From positions 192,001 to 256,000 of the forward strand of contig CAVZQN010000003.1 in NCBI GenBank assembly GCA_963777505.1: DNA of 64,000 bases, written 5' to 3'. Position 1 is the stretch's first letter, and each line of letters opens with the position of its first letter. Made by a program: the position numbers and the translations under genes. Positions 19,524 through 29,949 of the stretch are shown here, piece by piece. The notes below the pieces were generated by a model. That model had not been told where the DNA came from, made no database searches, and saw only the letters and a program-made list of their open reading frames with translations. The stretch is from an uncultured bacterium. GTDB taxonomy: Bacteria; Acidobacteriota; HRBIN11; JAKEFK01.

Positions 19524-21158
19524 ATGCGAGCCGCGTTAATCCTCTTTCTCTCCTTCCTTCCATTCGTATTAATCGGCGATACGACTCTTCCGGCAACTTC
19601 CAGGCCGCGCTTAATTCTGATGATCTCTGTTGATCAAATGCGTTTTGATTACTTAACACGATTTAAACCGCTGTATGAAGGCGGGTTCAAATGGCTCCAT
19701 GACAATGGTGCGATTTTTTCAAACGCGATGTACCGTCATGCTTCAAGTGAGACAGGCCCGGGCCATGCTGTCTTGCTATCGGGCAGACATGGAAGCCATT
19801 CAGGAGTAGTAGCCAATGGTTGGTACGATTCACTTTTGAATGATTTCATTAACGTGGTTGATGATCCTACTCATGTTGCACTCACGGGAAAGAGTCGAGG
19901 TGCAACTCCTGCAAACTTTATTGGATTTACCGTGGGCGATGTTTTGAAAAAGGAAATACCGAAAAGCAAAGTTGTAAGCGTTTCCTTAAAGGATCGATCC
20001 GCAGTGTTGATGGGTGGAAAACGTGCAGATGCTGCGTATTGGTATGACACTGATACAGGAGATTTTGTTAGCAGCACATATTACATGAATCAATTACCTT
20101 CATGGCTTGAAAAAATAAACGCTAAAAACTTCCCCGATCAGTTTGTTGCCAAAAAGTGGGAACGTTTGAAATCGGATGAATCTATTTATTTGAAGTATGC
20201 CGGTCCTGATGCGGTGGAAGGTGAATGGGATCGTGTTCATACGACTTTTCCGCATGTGAACCCGGCGAAGCCCCAAACGCCAGAATATTATGAAGAATTT
20301 CGCCGTACTCCATTTGCAGATGAACTGACTCTCGAAGTTGCAGTTGAAGCGATCAAAGCGCATGATCTTGGAACAGACCCGAATCCAGATATTCTTGCCG
20401 TTGGATTTTCCGCGACCGATGTCATCGGTCATACATATGGCCCTGACAGCCAGGAAGCGATGGATCAATTGTTAAGGCTGGATCAATATTTTCAAGCGTT
20501 GCTTCGGGTAATTGATCAACGTGTTGGACTCTCAAATACGATTGTGATTTTGTCGGCCGATCATGGTGTGATGCCGCTTGCTGAAAATCTTCAAGCCAAA
20601 GGAATATCTGCAAAGCGAGTCTTGCCATCCGTTCTGGAGCAATCTGTGGTGAAGTCGCTCTCAAGTCAATTCGCTGATGCTGCGGGACTGTTTCTCTTCG
20701 ATCAGCCCCATTTTTATTTGAATGAACCTGAAATAAGAAAAAGAGGTCTCAAACGAAAGGATGTTGAAACCGCCATCATAAAGGGAATTCGTGAATCGGA
20801 TCTCGCGGCAGCGATCTACACACATGCAGATTTGCTAGGTGATCCGCCGCCGAATGATCCTTTTTTTGTGCTCTTCAAGAATGCGTTTTTTGCATCGAGA
20901 AGCCCGCATATTCTTGTCGCATTGAAGAAATATATATATATGGAGGACTATCCCGGTGGAACGGGTCATGGGGGACCTTATGAATATGACCGGCATGTTC
21001 CTGTTGTTTTTGCGGGTCCAGGTATCAAGCCCGGTTTATATGATCAGACTTCCGGTCCAGAGGATATTGCGCCGACTTTAGCTGCGCTTCTAAAACTCAC
21101 GTATCCAAAGGAATATGATGCGCGTGTGCTTACAGAAGCATTGGAAAGTGCGAAGTGA
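19524..21158 (+). CDS. alkaline phosphatase superfamily enzyme, PafA-like
   Basis: Signal peptide, ISVDQMRFDYL, Thr nucleophile in ETGPGHA, SLKDRS, DVIGHTYGP, SADHG, GTGHG..Y.YDRHVP. Confidence 0.9.
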   Translation: MRAALILFLSFLPFVLIGDTTLPATSRPRLILMISVDQMRFDYLTRFKPLYEGGFKWLHDNGAIFSNAMYRHASSETGPGHAVLLSGRHGSHSGVVANGWYDSLLNDFINVVDDPTHVALTGKSRGATPANFIGFTVGDVLKKEIPKSKVVSVSLKDRSAVLMGGKRADAAYWYDTDTGDFVSSTYYMNQLPSWLEKINAKNFPDQFVAKKWERLKSDESIYLKYAGPDAVEGEWDRVHTTFPHVNPAKPQTPEYYEEFRRTPFADELTLEVAVEAIKAHDLGTDPNPDILAVGFSATDVIGHTYGPDSQEAMDQLLRLDQYFQALLRVIDQRVGLSNTIVILSADHGVMPLAENLQAKGISAKRVLPSVLEQSVVKSLSSQFADAAGLFLFDQPHFYLNEPEIRKRGLKRKDVETAIIKGIRESDLAAAIYTHADLLGDPPPNDPFFVLFKNAFFASRSPHILVALKKYIYMEDYPGGTGHGGPYEYDRHVPVVFAGPGIKPGLYDQTSGPEDIAPTLAALLKLTYPKEYDARVLTEALESAK

Positions 21159-21163
21159 ATTAA

Positions 21164-21913
21164 ATGTATAGAGAAATAATTCCATCCGAACGACTTCGTC
21201 CATTTATTGAATGCTACTGGGTCCGAAGTGCAGATCACTCTGATGAAATCAAATTGCATCGGGTTTTGCCTGACGGCTGTGTAGATTTTGTTTTTAATTT
21301 TGAAGCTTTTGCAAATTCATACAATGGATTTGTCGTAGGCACCATGACGGCGCCAATTTTGGTTGAATCGCCGGGTTTGGTAGATTTTCTTGGAGTGCGT
21401 TTCAGGCCAGGGAAAGTATGTAATTTTGTTCATTTGCACGCATCGGAAATAACTGACCGGATGATTCCAATCAATGATGCAGTGGGTCAAAAGGGAAACA
21501 TCCTGACTCAGAAGCTAGTAGAGATAAAAAATGTTGATGATCGGATTCGTGTGCTGAACGTAGATCTTGAACATTGGTTGCAGGCTGAAAATGATATTCA
21601 AGCACGAGTCGATTTTGCAGTCAGCAGAATCATAAAGTCCGATGGTTCGGTTCAGATTGAAGAAATTTGTGATTCGCTTGGAATAAGCCGTCAGTATCTA
21701 GCAAGACTTTTCCAGGCATCGATCGGGATTACTCCGAAACAATTTTCCAGGGTTGTTCGATTTCAGGCTCTGCTTCGAAAAATACAACGATCGAATACAA
21801 TTGCGTGGGCGGATGAAGCGGCCGTGCTTGGATATTACGATCAAGCTCACCTCATTTCTGATTTTCGCGAATTTTCGGGAATGACTCCGCAAAAATATCT
21901 TTGCGAAACATAA
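21164..21913 (+). CDS. AraC family transcriptional regulator (DUF6597-type N-terminus)
   Basis: VLPDGCVD, GVRFRPG, C-terminal GYYDQAHLISDFREFSGMTP. Confidence 0.92.
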   Translation: MYREIIPSERLRPFIECYWVRSADHSDEIKLHRVLPDGCVDFVFNFEAFANSYNGFVVGTMTAPILVESPGLVDFLGVRFRPGKVCNFVHLHASEITDRMIPINDAVGQKGNILTQKLVEIKNVDDRIRVLNVDLEHWLQAENDIQARVDFAVSRIIKSDGSVQIEEICDSLGISRQYLARLFQASIGITPKQFSRVVRFQALLRKIQRSNTIAWADEAAVLGYYDQAHLISDFREFSGMTPQKYLCET

Positions 21914-21945
21914 ATCAAAACTTCCATCAATTACGGGGGCGCCAA

Positions 21946-24021
21946 ATGAAGATTTTCCGGTTGAGCTTTCTGTCATTTCTTTTGTTTTTTGCATTTTTTC
22001 AAATGCGATTAGCTGCAGCAACTTTGGAAGACATCATGAGTGCGCCATTTCCTACAGAATTAATTTCCTCCAGCTCAAAGAATCGAATCGCATGGATTTT
22101 TAGGGATCAGGGCCGAAGAAATGTGTGGGTAGCAGATGGTCCCAACTATGTCCCGCGCCAGCTAACCAAATACGATAAAGACGATGGTCAAGCAGTTCAG
22201 CTTCTAAAGTTTAGTTCGGATGGATCATTTCTGGTTTATGTGCGCGGAGATTTCGCAAACAGTGAAAATGAAAATCCGAATCCATCCAGCGATCCGAAGG
22301 GTGTAAAGCAAGAAGTGTGGTCAGTAAAGGTAGATGGCGGTGATCCAAAGCTGATAGGTGAAGGTTCTTTTCCTGACATTTCTCCTGATGGTAGTCAAAT
22401 AGCTTTTGTACGAGAAAATAAAATTTATAAAGCTCCTGCAGATGGATCTTCAGAGGCAGCACTTTTTTTTCATGCGCGTGGCAGTAACAACAGTCCGAAA
22501 TGGTCACCGGATGGTTCGAGGCTTGCATTCACAAGCAATCGTGCTGACCACAGCTTTATCGGCGTTTACGATCCAAAAGCGCAAACGATACTGTGGCTTG
22601 AACCCAGTGTCGATCGCGATTTCAATCCCGTTTGGTCTTCCGATGGAAAACGGATTGCATTTTACCGCTATCCGGGATTAACCGGCGATCCCGCGACTGA
22701 ATCAGAGCCATCCATACCATTTTCTATTTGGGTTGCTGATTCACAAAATGGAAAGGCGAAAGAAATTTGGAATTCAAAAGATAAGACGGGAGGGTTTGCG
22801 CAATGGTATCCGCACGAACCACTCTCATGGTCTGACGATCGTTTGGTCTTCTATTCGGAAAAAGATGGATGGTTGAGGATTTATTCAGTGTCTGCTAACG
22901 GAGGGGAAGCAGTTGCATTAACGCCTGAAAAATGTGAAGCAGAAGATTCATCTTTAACAGCAGATCGGAAGCAGCTTTTATTTTCATCGAATTGTAATGA
23001 TCAGGACCGCCGTCATTTATGGATCGTTGCAACAAGCGGTGGCACACCAAAACAATTAACTTCCGGCCACAATCTGGAGTGGGGTCCCGTTGCTGTAGCA
23101 GACGGCAACACGATCGCACTCATTGCAGCAACTGGCAAACAGCCTGCCGCACCTGCAGTGATGTCAATTTCCGGTGAAAAACCAAGATTAATCGCGCCAG
23201 ATATGTTGAAGGCCGTTCCAATGGCGGAGCTTGTTGAACCACAGCAAGCCATTTTCAAAGCTGCAGATGGATTGGAGATTCATGGACAGCTTTTTGTTCC
23301 ATCAAAAATGCAGCAAGGTCAAAAACAACCGGCTGTAATTTTCATGCATGGCGGACCCATTCGTCAAATGTTGTTAGGCTGGCACTACTATGGTTATTAC
23401 CACAATGCCTATGCGATGAATCAATATCTTGCAACAAAAGGTTACGTTGTGTTGTCAGTTAATTTTCGATCAGGCATTGGCTACGGACGTGCTTTTCGAA
23501 CAGCAGAGCGTCAAGGTCCAAGAGGTGCTTCGGAATATCAGGACATTCTGGCTGCTGCAAAATTTTTGCGCGAACGTACTGATGTGGATTCAAAACGTAT
23601 TGGACTGTGGGGCGGATCCTATGGCGGCTACTTAACCGCGCTTGGTCTTGCAAGAGATTCTGATTTATTTTCCGCCGGTGTTGATGTTCACGGGGTTCAT
23701 GATTGGGCTTTAAGAGCCCGGCTGCGTGGTGCCGACGATTGGGGTATTACTGGAGACGCCATGATGCAAGAAGCCCGGCGCTCTTCTCCTGTGGCCGATG
23801 TCGCCTTCTGGAATTCACCTGTGCTTTTTGTAATTGGCGATGACGATCGAAATGTCGACTTCATCGAAACCACTGATTTAGTTCAGCGGCTGCGAGCTGA
23901 AGGCAAGGTCAAGATTGAGACTTTGATTATTCCTGATGAAGTTCATGATTTCTTGCGCCACCAAAATTGGGTCCGTGTTTACAAAGCCACAGCCGATTTC
24001 TTCGACCGGTATTTGAAATAG
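21946..24021 (+). CDS. S9 family peptidase (prolyl oligopeptidase/acylaminoacyl peptidase) with PD40 propeller
   Basis: Signal peptide from ATG 21946, WSPDG repeats, HGGP, nucleophile GGSYGG, DDRNV, DEVH. Confidence 0.93.
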   Translation: MKIFRLSFLSFLLFFAFFQMRLAAATLEDIMSAPFPTELISSSSKNRIAWIFRDQGRRNVWVADGPNYVPRQLTKYDKDDGQAVQLLKFSSDGSFLVYVRGDFANSENENPNPSSDPKGVKQEVWSVKVDGGDPKLIGEGSFPDISPDGSQIAFVRENKIYKAPADGSSEAALFFHARGSNNSPKWSPDGSRLAFTSNRADHSFIGVYDPKAQTILWLEPSVDRDFNPVWSSDGKRIAFYRYPGLTGDPATESEPSIPFSIWVADSQNGKAKEIWNSKDKTGGFAQWYPHEPLSWSDDRLVFYSEKDGWLRIYSVSANGGEAVALTPEKCEAEDSSLTADRKQLLFSSNCNDQDRRHLWIVATSGGTPKQLTSGHNLEWGPVAVADGNTIALIAATGKQPAAPAVMSISGEKPRLIAPDMLKAVPMAELVEPQQAIFKAADGLEIHGQLFVPSKMQQGQKQPAVIFMHGGPIRQMLLGWHYYGYYHNAYAMNQYLATKGYVVLSVNFRSGIGYGRAFRTAERQGPRGASEYQDILAAAKFLRERTDVDSKRIGLWGGSYGGYLTALGLARDSDLFSAGVDVHGVHDWALRARLRGADDWGITGDAMMQEARRSSPVADVAFWNSPVLFVIGDDDRNVDFIETTDLVQRLRAEGKVKIETLIIPDEVHDFLRHQNWVRVYKATADFFDRYLK

Positions 24022-24045
24022 TAGGGGCGGGTCTTAGACCCGCCC
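24021..24045 (+). repeat. GTAG-type REP-like palindrome
   Basis: gtaggggcgggtct-t-agacccgccc immediately after the stop codon. Confidence 0.7.
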
Positions 24046-24144
24046 GTTCTTCCACCTTTACCACACCGAATCTATTCACATCTCCGCAACGTGCCTTTAA
24101 TCGATTCGTAAAATCAAAGTGATAACTTTTCACAAGCTATAAGA

Positions 24145-24933
24145 ATGAAAACAGTCGCAGTGATTCAAGCACGAACCGGATCAAAAAGATTACCTGCAAA
24201 AGTTCTTTTGCCGTTAAAAGGAAAACCGTTATTAGAAATTCTGTTACAACGTGTTTGTGCGGCAAGAACGATATCGGAAGTTATTGTTGCCACAACATGT
24301 GCTCCAGAAGATGAGCTTATTCGAGATATCTGTAAGCGCGTGGGAATTCAATGCTACAGTGGGCATCCGGATGACTTGCTTGATCGGCATTACAAAGCAG
24401 CTATCAATACAAAAGCGGATATCATCGTTAAAATTCCTTCGGATTGTCCATTGATCGATCCAACAATTATCGACAATGTACTTGGATATTATCTTCAAAA
24501 TTTGGGAACGTTTGATTTTGTCAGCAATCTCCATCCCGCAACCTATCCCGATGGAAATGACGTAGAAGCTATGCCGATTGATATCCTTGGCATCGCATGG
24601 ACCGAAGCATCGATCGGCTTTGAGCGAGAGCACACCACTCCTTATATATGGGAACAACCTGATCGATTCCGTCTCGGCAACTATGAGTGGGAAACAGGAT
24701 TGAATTATTCCATGACTCACAGATGGACTATTGACTATATGGAGGACTACCTCTTCATTCGCTCTATTTTCGAAGAACTATTTTCAGATACGCGAATGTT
24801 TTTGATGAAGGATATCCTCCAACTGCTTGAAGAACGTCCCGAACTTCTGAAAATCAATGAAAAATATTCCGGTTTGAATTGGTATCGAAGCAAACCAATT
24901 CTTTACGATTCTTTTACCTGCCATAAACAATGA
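24145..24933 (+). CDS. SpsF-like cytidylyltransferase/glycosyltransferase family protein
   Basis: IQARTGSKRLPAKVL, DLLDRHY, SDCPLIDP, YPDGNDVE, REHTTPYI, RWTIDY.ED. Confidence 0.88.
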   Translation: MKTVAVIQARTGSKRLPAKVLLPLKGKPLLEILLQRVCAARTISEVIVATTCAPEDELIRDICKRVGIQCYSGHPDDLLDRHYKAAINTKADIIVKIPSDCPLIDPTIIDNVLGYYLQNLGTFDFVSNLHPATYPDGNDVEAMPIDILGIAWTEASIGFEREHTTPYIWEQPDRFRLGNYEWETGLNYSMTHRWTIDYMEDYLFIRSIFEELFSDTRMFLMKDILQLLEERPELLKINEKYSGLNWYRSKPILYDSFTCHKQ

Positions 24934-25125
24934 AGAAATAAAAAAGCTTCACGATAGACACAGGTTCTTCAAACATGACACTAAGATCCTGTTGTCGTTT
25001 CTCCCACGTTAATTCATTCACAAACATACGATCACACAACTATTTCTCGGATGTTTTGATTCCGAAAGTTTTGCAGCTTAGCAGGAGCGAACACCGGGCT
25101 AAAACAAAATGTCATTGGAGGGTAC

Positions 25126-27516
25126 ATGTCAGAATTTACACGTAGACAAATATTGAAATTCTTAGGAGTAGCAGGTGGAGCAGCTGCACTCGGCCCACTA
25201 GTCAATATTAAAGCCCGTGCTGCTGGTATTCACGATCGAGCTGCGTTTCTCGGAACATTTACTCCCGTAAGGCTTCCCCATCCTTTAAATGCTTATACAC
25301 AACTATCCAGTTTCATGCCGAATGGACAAAGAGTCCCTGGCGGAATGGCCGGTTCCGTATTGGGAGCATCAGGAGATCCATCTCTGGGAACTTACACCAT
25401 ATATGATGACGTTGTTGTCCCACCTGAATATGAACGTTATGTGATACTCAAGTGGGGTGATCGTGTTTATCCTGCGCGGCCAGGCGGGCCGCTGGATCAG
25501 GATTACGCTGGCTATAACATGGATTTTACGTCATTCGTAAGCCTGAATAATGCAGGAACCGATGGTTATCTATTTGTGAACTATGAATACGTTAGCTATC
25601 CGTTTGATCGTTTCGCGCCAGGTACGCCTTCGAATTTGACCACAGCTCGCGGGACATATCCTATCGTCATAGGCAGAAAACTTCCTGCTTCGGAAAGGTT
25701 AGGTGAATACCTTTATAATACTGGCGCTTCCATTTTGAGAATCCGTAAAGGAAATGATGGCAGGTTTCAAGTTGTAGCCGGTGATGCAAAGAATCGGCGT
25801 ATACATGGGCTATCTGGATTGGGAATTAATGCCGAAAGATCTGATGAATATTCAGGCGTTACAAGTTGGGGATCACTGGCTTATCAACGAGGCGATAACA
25901 ATTACCTTGTGGGTACGGGTCCTGCTGCAAACCAGGTATTTAACAAAAGTAGTGATGGTTTAGGAAACAGGATCATCGGTACTTCTTTTAATTGTGCCGG
26001 TGGGCAAACGCCATGGGGAACTTCGCTGACTGCAGAAGAAAATTTTCAAGGATCATCCGCATTTTATGTTGGCGTTCAAGAATTTACATTACCCGATGGA
26101 ACTCAGACTGGATATGTGGAAGGAACCACCGGCGCTGCTTTTGGTCAAGTCGGAGAGAAGTACGGATGGATGGTTGAAGCAGATCCAGTGAATCCAGCTT
26201 TTCGACCGCGCAAACACACAGCACTTGGACGCTTTCGTCATGAAGGGATTACGATGAGAGTAAGCGCTGGTCGACCACTCGTTGCATATATGGGAGATGA
26301 TCGCCGCGGTGGACATGTTTGGAGATTTGTCAGTAGTAAAAATGTTACTAGCCCCACACTGAAAACCAATAGTGGTTTGTTCACTAATGGAACCTTGTAT
26401 GCTGCGAAATTTAATGCAGATGGTACCGGGCGTTGGATTGCAATAACGATGGCTACGCCAGTAAATCCAAGCCTTCCCAGCGAACTCGGCTCAGCAGAAT
26501 TGGCTGCTACTGGTTCAATCGGCAGAAATGGCGGCACTCGTTTACCGCGACGTTCAGGTGTTGCCGATCAAACAGCTGATGGTGCATCATTCACAGTTGA
26601 TACGACAAATGAAGGAACTGTAATTCCGAGTTATCAAAACAAAGGCGGCGCAATCACCGATCGACAAGCTGTATTAGGTGATTACTACGATAATCAAGGC
26701 GCCATTCTTTGTGATGCTTTTCTTGCTGCCAACCTGGCAGGCGCAACACCATGTGCTCGCCCCGAAGACTTTGAAGTGAATCCGCGAAAACAGCGCGAAG
26801 TAATCATTGCTTTTACCGATGGTCTTCCTGGAAGTGATGGATATTCTGATTCGCGGATTTTTCAGGTTGCTAAATATTCTGATGACCCTGCAAGTACTCA
26901 GCCTAGCGGCGCATTGGTTAAGATTATTGAAGGAAACGCAGCAGGTGATGGTGCCACTTTCCGCTGGGAAAGATTTATTGTAGCCGGAGAAGCAGGAGCA
27001 GAAAATGGTGGAGGATTTGCCGCTGTAGACAATCTGGCTTTCGATGATCTAGGGAATCTGTGGGGTGTTACAGATATGTCAACCGATCTGCACAATGGAT
27101 TTACCACAGGTGCTGAACCCGCAGAAACTGATATCGATCATGGGAACCGCGCAACAGGTTCAAATTTGGTTGGTGTTTTTGGAAACAACTGGCTCTTTTT
27201 TATACCAACAATAGGAGAAAATGCCGGGGAAGTGATTCCATTTGCTTATGGACCAACGCGTTGTGAAATGACAGGTCCCACATTCACTGGAGATACTTTA
27301 ATTATTTCTGTGCAACACCCATGCGAAGATTCTCCGATTAATGATGGAACTCCGGCGTCGACATTGAACCGTAGAATTGAAATGTTGAAATTAAATGGAT
27401 CAACGTTCAGGCAAAACCGGACACTTCCACGATGGTTTCAGCGAATATCTGTGTGTTCTCCGTGGTTTGTCTTTGTGCGAGTTTACTTCGTAAATGTACT
27501 TTCAGTAATGGACTGA
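25126..27516 (+). CDS. phoX: PhoX-family alkaline phosphatase (DUF839), Tat-exported; C-terminus looks aberrant
   Basis: Tat signal FTRRQILK, NCAGGQTPWGT...EEN, GRFRHE, YMGDD, RPED, DNLAFD, CEMTGPTF, SVQHP. Confidence 0.88.
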   Translation: MSEFTRRQILKFLGVAGGAAALGPLVNIKARAAGIHDRAAFLGTFTPVRLPHPLNAYTQLSSFMPNGQRVPGGMAGSVLGASGDPSLGTYTIYDDVVVPPEYERYVILKWGDRVYPARPGGPLDQDYAGYNMDFTSFVSLNNAGTDGYLFVNYEYVSYPFDRFAPGTPSNLTTARGTYPIVIGRKLPASERLGEYLYNTGASILRIRKGNDGRFQVVAGDAKNRRIHGLSGLGINAERSDEYSGVTSWGSLAYQRGDNNYLVGTGPAANQVFNKSSDGLGNRIIGTSFNCAGGQTPWGTSLTAEENFQGSSAFYVGVQEFTLPDGTQTGYVEGTTGAAFGQVGEKYGWMVEADPVNPAFRPRKHTALGRFRHEGITMRVSAGRPLVAYMGDDRRGGHVWRFVSSKNVTSPTLKTNSGLFTNGTLYAAKFNADGTGRWIAITMATPVNPSLPSELGSAELAATGSIGRNGGTRLPRRSGVADQTADGASFTVDTTNEGTVIPSYQNKGGAITDRQAVLGDYYDNQGAILCDAFLAANLAGATPCARPEDFEVNPRKQREVIIAFTDGLPGSDGYSDSRIFQVAKYSDDPASTQPSGALVKIIEGNAAGDGATFRWERFIVAGEAGAENGGGFAAVDNLAFDDLGNLWGVTDMSTDLHNGFTTGAEPAETDIDHGNRATGSNLVGVFGNNWLFFIPTIGENAGEVIPFAYGPTRCEMTGPTFTGDTLIISVQHPCEDSPINDGTPASTLNRRIEMLKLNGSTFRQNRTLPRWFQRISVCSPWFVFVRVYFVNVLSVMD

Positions 27517-28214
27517 TTTCCGCCTTGATCGATTGCCAAAACCTCAAATGGAATCGTTCCAGTTGGAAGAGAAGCTACATATTCTGCCGGAACCGTCACG
27601 CTCATCGGAGCAGGTGGGACGGTTGCAGGAATTGTAATTAGAAAATCTTCGACAATGACCTGATACGCAACGATCAGAATCGGTAAGTCCGGAAACGTAC
27701 CCCCAGCCGGATCTGTCGCTACTTCTGTAACAGGATCCCAACGGATGACTAAGACGTTTCCAGTCCCTACAGCATCATCTGAAGCTGAAACATCGGGTCC
27801 AGCGGGTACAGCATGAGAAAGTGTGGACTCAGCTGTTATTTTTTCACCATCAACTGTCCTACCCTTAAATTTGTATTCTCCTTCCGGAAATAGAGCCAGC
27901 AAATCTGCAAGTGGAAAGTCAATGAGAGATGGCTCAGCGCCTTCAAAAAATAGTTCCGTCATGCCAAGATCTTTGTAAGGACCTTTGCCTTGAACATTGA
28001 AGATCACCTTGTGATCCGGATTGATGATCTTGAGCGTCTTCCAGTCTTCACCATCCAGAGTGACGTGATAGCCCAAATCATTTGCCGAAGCATTGTATTC
28101 AATGTAGATCCGCGCTATGGGGAATGTAACTTGCGCCCACGCCGTCACAGCACCAATCAACATCATAAACAGCGAACACATTGCGATTTTCGTAAAACCT
28201 TTCATTTGTTTCAT
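27483..28214 (-). CDS. secreted hypothetical protein (C-terminal Fn3-like beta sandwich possible)
   Basis: RBS aaggtggag before ATG 28214, signal peptide ending AWA-Q; IYIEYNA, ELFFEGAEP, FEVLAI..GGNQSITE. Confidence 0.8.
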   Translation of the reverse strand: MKQMKGFTKIAMCSLFMMLIGAVTAWAQVTFPIARIYIEYNASANDLGYHVTLDGEDWKTLKIINPDHKVIFNVQGKGPYKDLGMTELFFEGAEPSLIDFPLADLLALFPEGEYKFKGRTVDGEKITAESTLSHAVPAGPDVSASDDAVGTGNVLVIRWDPVTEVATDPAGGTFPDLPILIVAYQVIVEDFLITIPATVPPAPMSVTVPAEYVASLPTGTIPFEVLAIDQGGNQSITESTFTK

Positions 28215-28376
28215 GCTCCACCTTCTAAATTGATTTACTTGGAGAATAGATGCGGCCAATTACTGGAACCTTTCCTGGACATTACAATCTAGCAAGGTGA
28301 AATTGAGATAGAGCAGTTTCCATTTTTCCAATTAATATCGTGTAGGATGTCTTAAGCTTTTTTTTCAGGAGGCATC

Positions 28377-28763
28377 ATGAAAATTTTGCGATCGACTCCC
28401 GTACTTGTTGTGGAAAGAATCGAACCCTCACTTCCGTTTTGGATGGAAAGACTTGGTTATACGAAACAAGTTGAAGTTCCACATGGAGAAGGCTTAGGGT
28501 TTGTAATTTTAGAAAGAGATGGTTTGGAGGTAATGCTTCAAACCCGCGAAAGTATTGAAGCGGATTTGCCGGCTTTAAAATCTTACATTCAAGGGAAAGC
28601 TGTCAGTCAATTTATTGAAGTCGATTCTCTCGATTCTGTTTTGAAACAACTTTCCGGCTACGAATTATTGACGCCCGTTCGAACAACCTTCTATGGAATG
28701 CGGGAAGCAATCGTTGCAGATCCAGCTGGCTTTGTTTTGTGCTTTGCCGAAAAAGTATCATGA
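28377..28763 (+). CDS. VOC/glyoxalase family protein
   Basis: GGAGG RBS; PVLVVERIE.SL.FW, TTFYGMRE, DPAGFVLCFA. Confidence 0.9.
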   Translation: MKILRSTPVLVVERIEPSLPFWMERLGYTKQVEVPHGEGLGFVILERDGLEVMLQTRESIEADLPALKSYIQGKAVSQFIEVDSLDSVLKQLSGYELLTPVRTTFYGMREAIVADPAGFVLCFAEKVS

Positions 28764-28784
28764 ACTCTGTGTCTTTGCGGTGAA

Positions 28785-29798
28785 TCAATCATCCCAATCA
28801 TTGCCATGGATCTTCCGATTGATCAGCTCACGAAGTGATGGATCACTTCCTTTCTTTTCTTTCATTCGGCGGATGTATTCAGGACTTACATCAAAAATAC
28901 GTAACTCAACAAGATCGTCCGGATTGATATTACGATACCCCAGGGCGTCCAGTTCACGTATATATTGAGGTGAAACTCCATGAATTCGAAACTCCACAAG
29001 CTTTGATTGCGATAAATTTGTGTAACCTGCTTTGTCTAATTCCTTTATGAAATCCACAGAAACGCCATGAATCGAGAATTCCACTAACTTTTCAATTGAA
29101 ATATTCTTATAGCCATACTGCTCTATGCTTTGAATAAATTCAGGATCGACTCCGTGGATCCTCATTTCAACCAGCTTCTCGGTGGGTATATTTTTGTATC
29201 CGGCAGAATTCATAGAGTCAATGAATTCGGGGGCCACGCCATGAATTCTCATTTCGACAAGTTTTTCGTTGCTGATGCCCGTATATCCGCGGGCTTGAAG
29301 ATCACGAATATATTTTGGACTTACACCATGAATTTTCATTTCAACAAGTTCATCTGTTGTCAGATTGTTGTAGCCCAGACCGTTTAATTCTTTGACTTCC
29401 CCTGTTGTTAAATTGAGAGAGGCCATCAAAAACAATTCATCATCAGCAATACTTCCGTGACCAAGCCGAGCCATCTCTGAAATGAATTGTGGGTTGAATT
29501 GCACCTCAAACTCTCCGCCACCTTCTCCATCACGCAGGACGCCATTGAAGAAAAATGTTCCAGCTTCGCGTTGCACCTTAAATTCAACAGGACCATTCGG
29601 CATCGATTTGAGATCAACGCGGTCTAGATTGCTCATTGAATTATTTGAATGATTCCGGCGCAAGTTCAAATACACACCGCCACCTTTGCTATGCGAAACC
29701 GTCCAGCTGCCGCGAATAGACTTTTGGGATTCTGCTCCTGGAAGATAGGCGCAAAATGAAAGCATCAAAATGCCTGTTAAAAGAAGGCTTTTTCTCAT
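28785..29798 (-). CDS. secreted protein with 29-aa tandem helical repeats
   Basis: Signal peptide; about 7 copies of I/L-x-x-(D/E)-(K/E)LVEMRIHGV.PEFI..(L/M)...GY. Confidence 0.85.
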   Translation of the reverse strand: MRKSLLLTGILMLSFCAYLPGAESQKSIRGSWTVSHSKGGGVYLNLRRNHSNNSMSNLDRVDLKSMPNGPVEFKVQREAGTFFFNGVLRDGEGGGEFEVQFNPQFISEMARLGHGSIADDELFLMASLNLTTGEVKELNGLGYNNLTTDELVEMKIHGVSPKYIRDLQARGYTGISNEKLVEMRIHGVAPEFIDSMNSAGYKNIPTEKLVEMRIHGVDPEFIQSIEQYGYKNISIEKLVEFSIHGVSVDFIKELDKAGYTNLSQSKLVEFRIHGVSPQYIRELDALGYRNINPDDLVELRIFDVSPEYIRRMKEKKGSDPSLRELINRKIHGNDWDD

Positions 29799-29949
29799 GA
29801 TAATCCACTCCTGTTCTCAGCTTAGACCAGGCATCGGCCAAACAGGTTTACTTATGTTTATGTTTACGTATATTAATGAAGCGCATTCTTCTGCCGGCTC
29901 AAAAAATGAACCGTAAAGGCGGGCAGAAGCAGTCTAAGGTAGGGAACAG

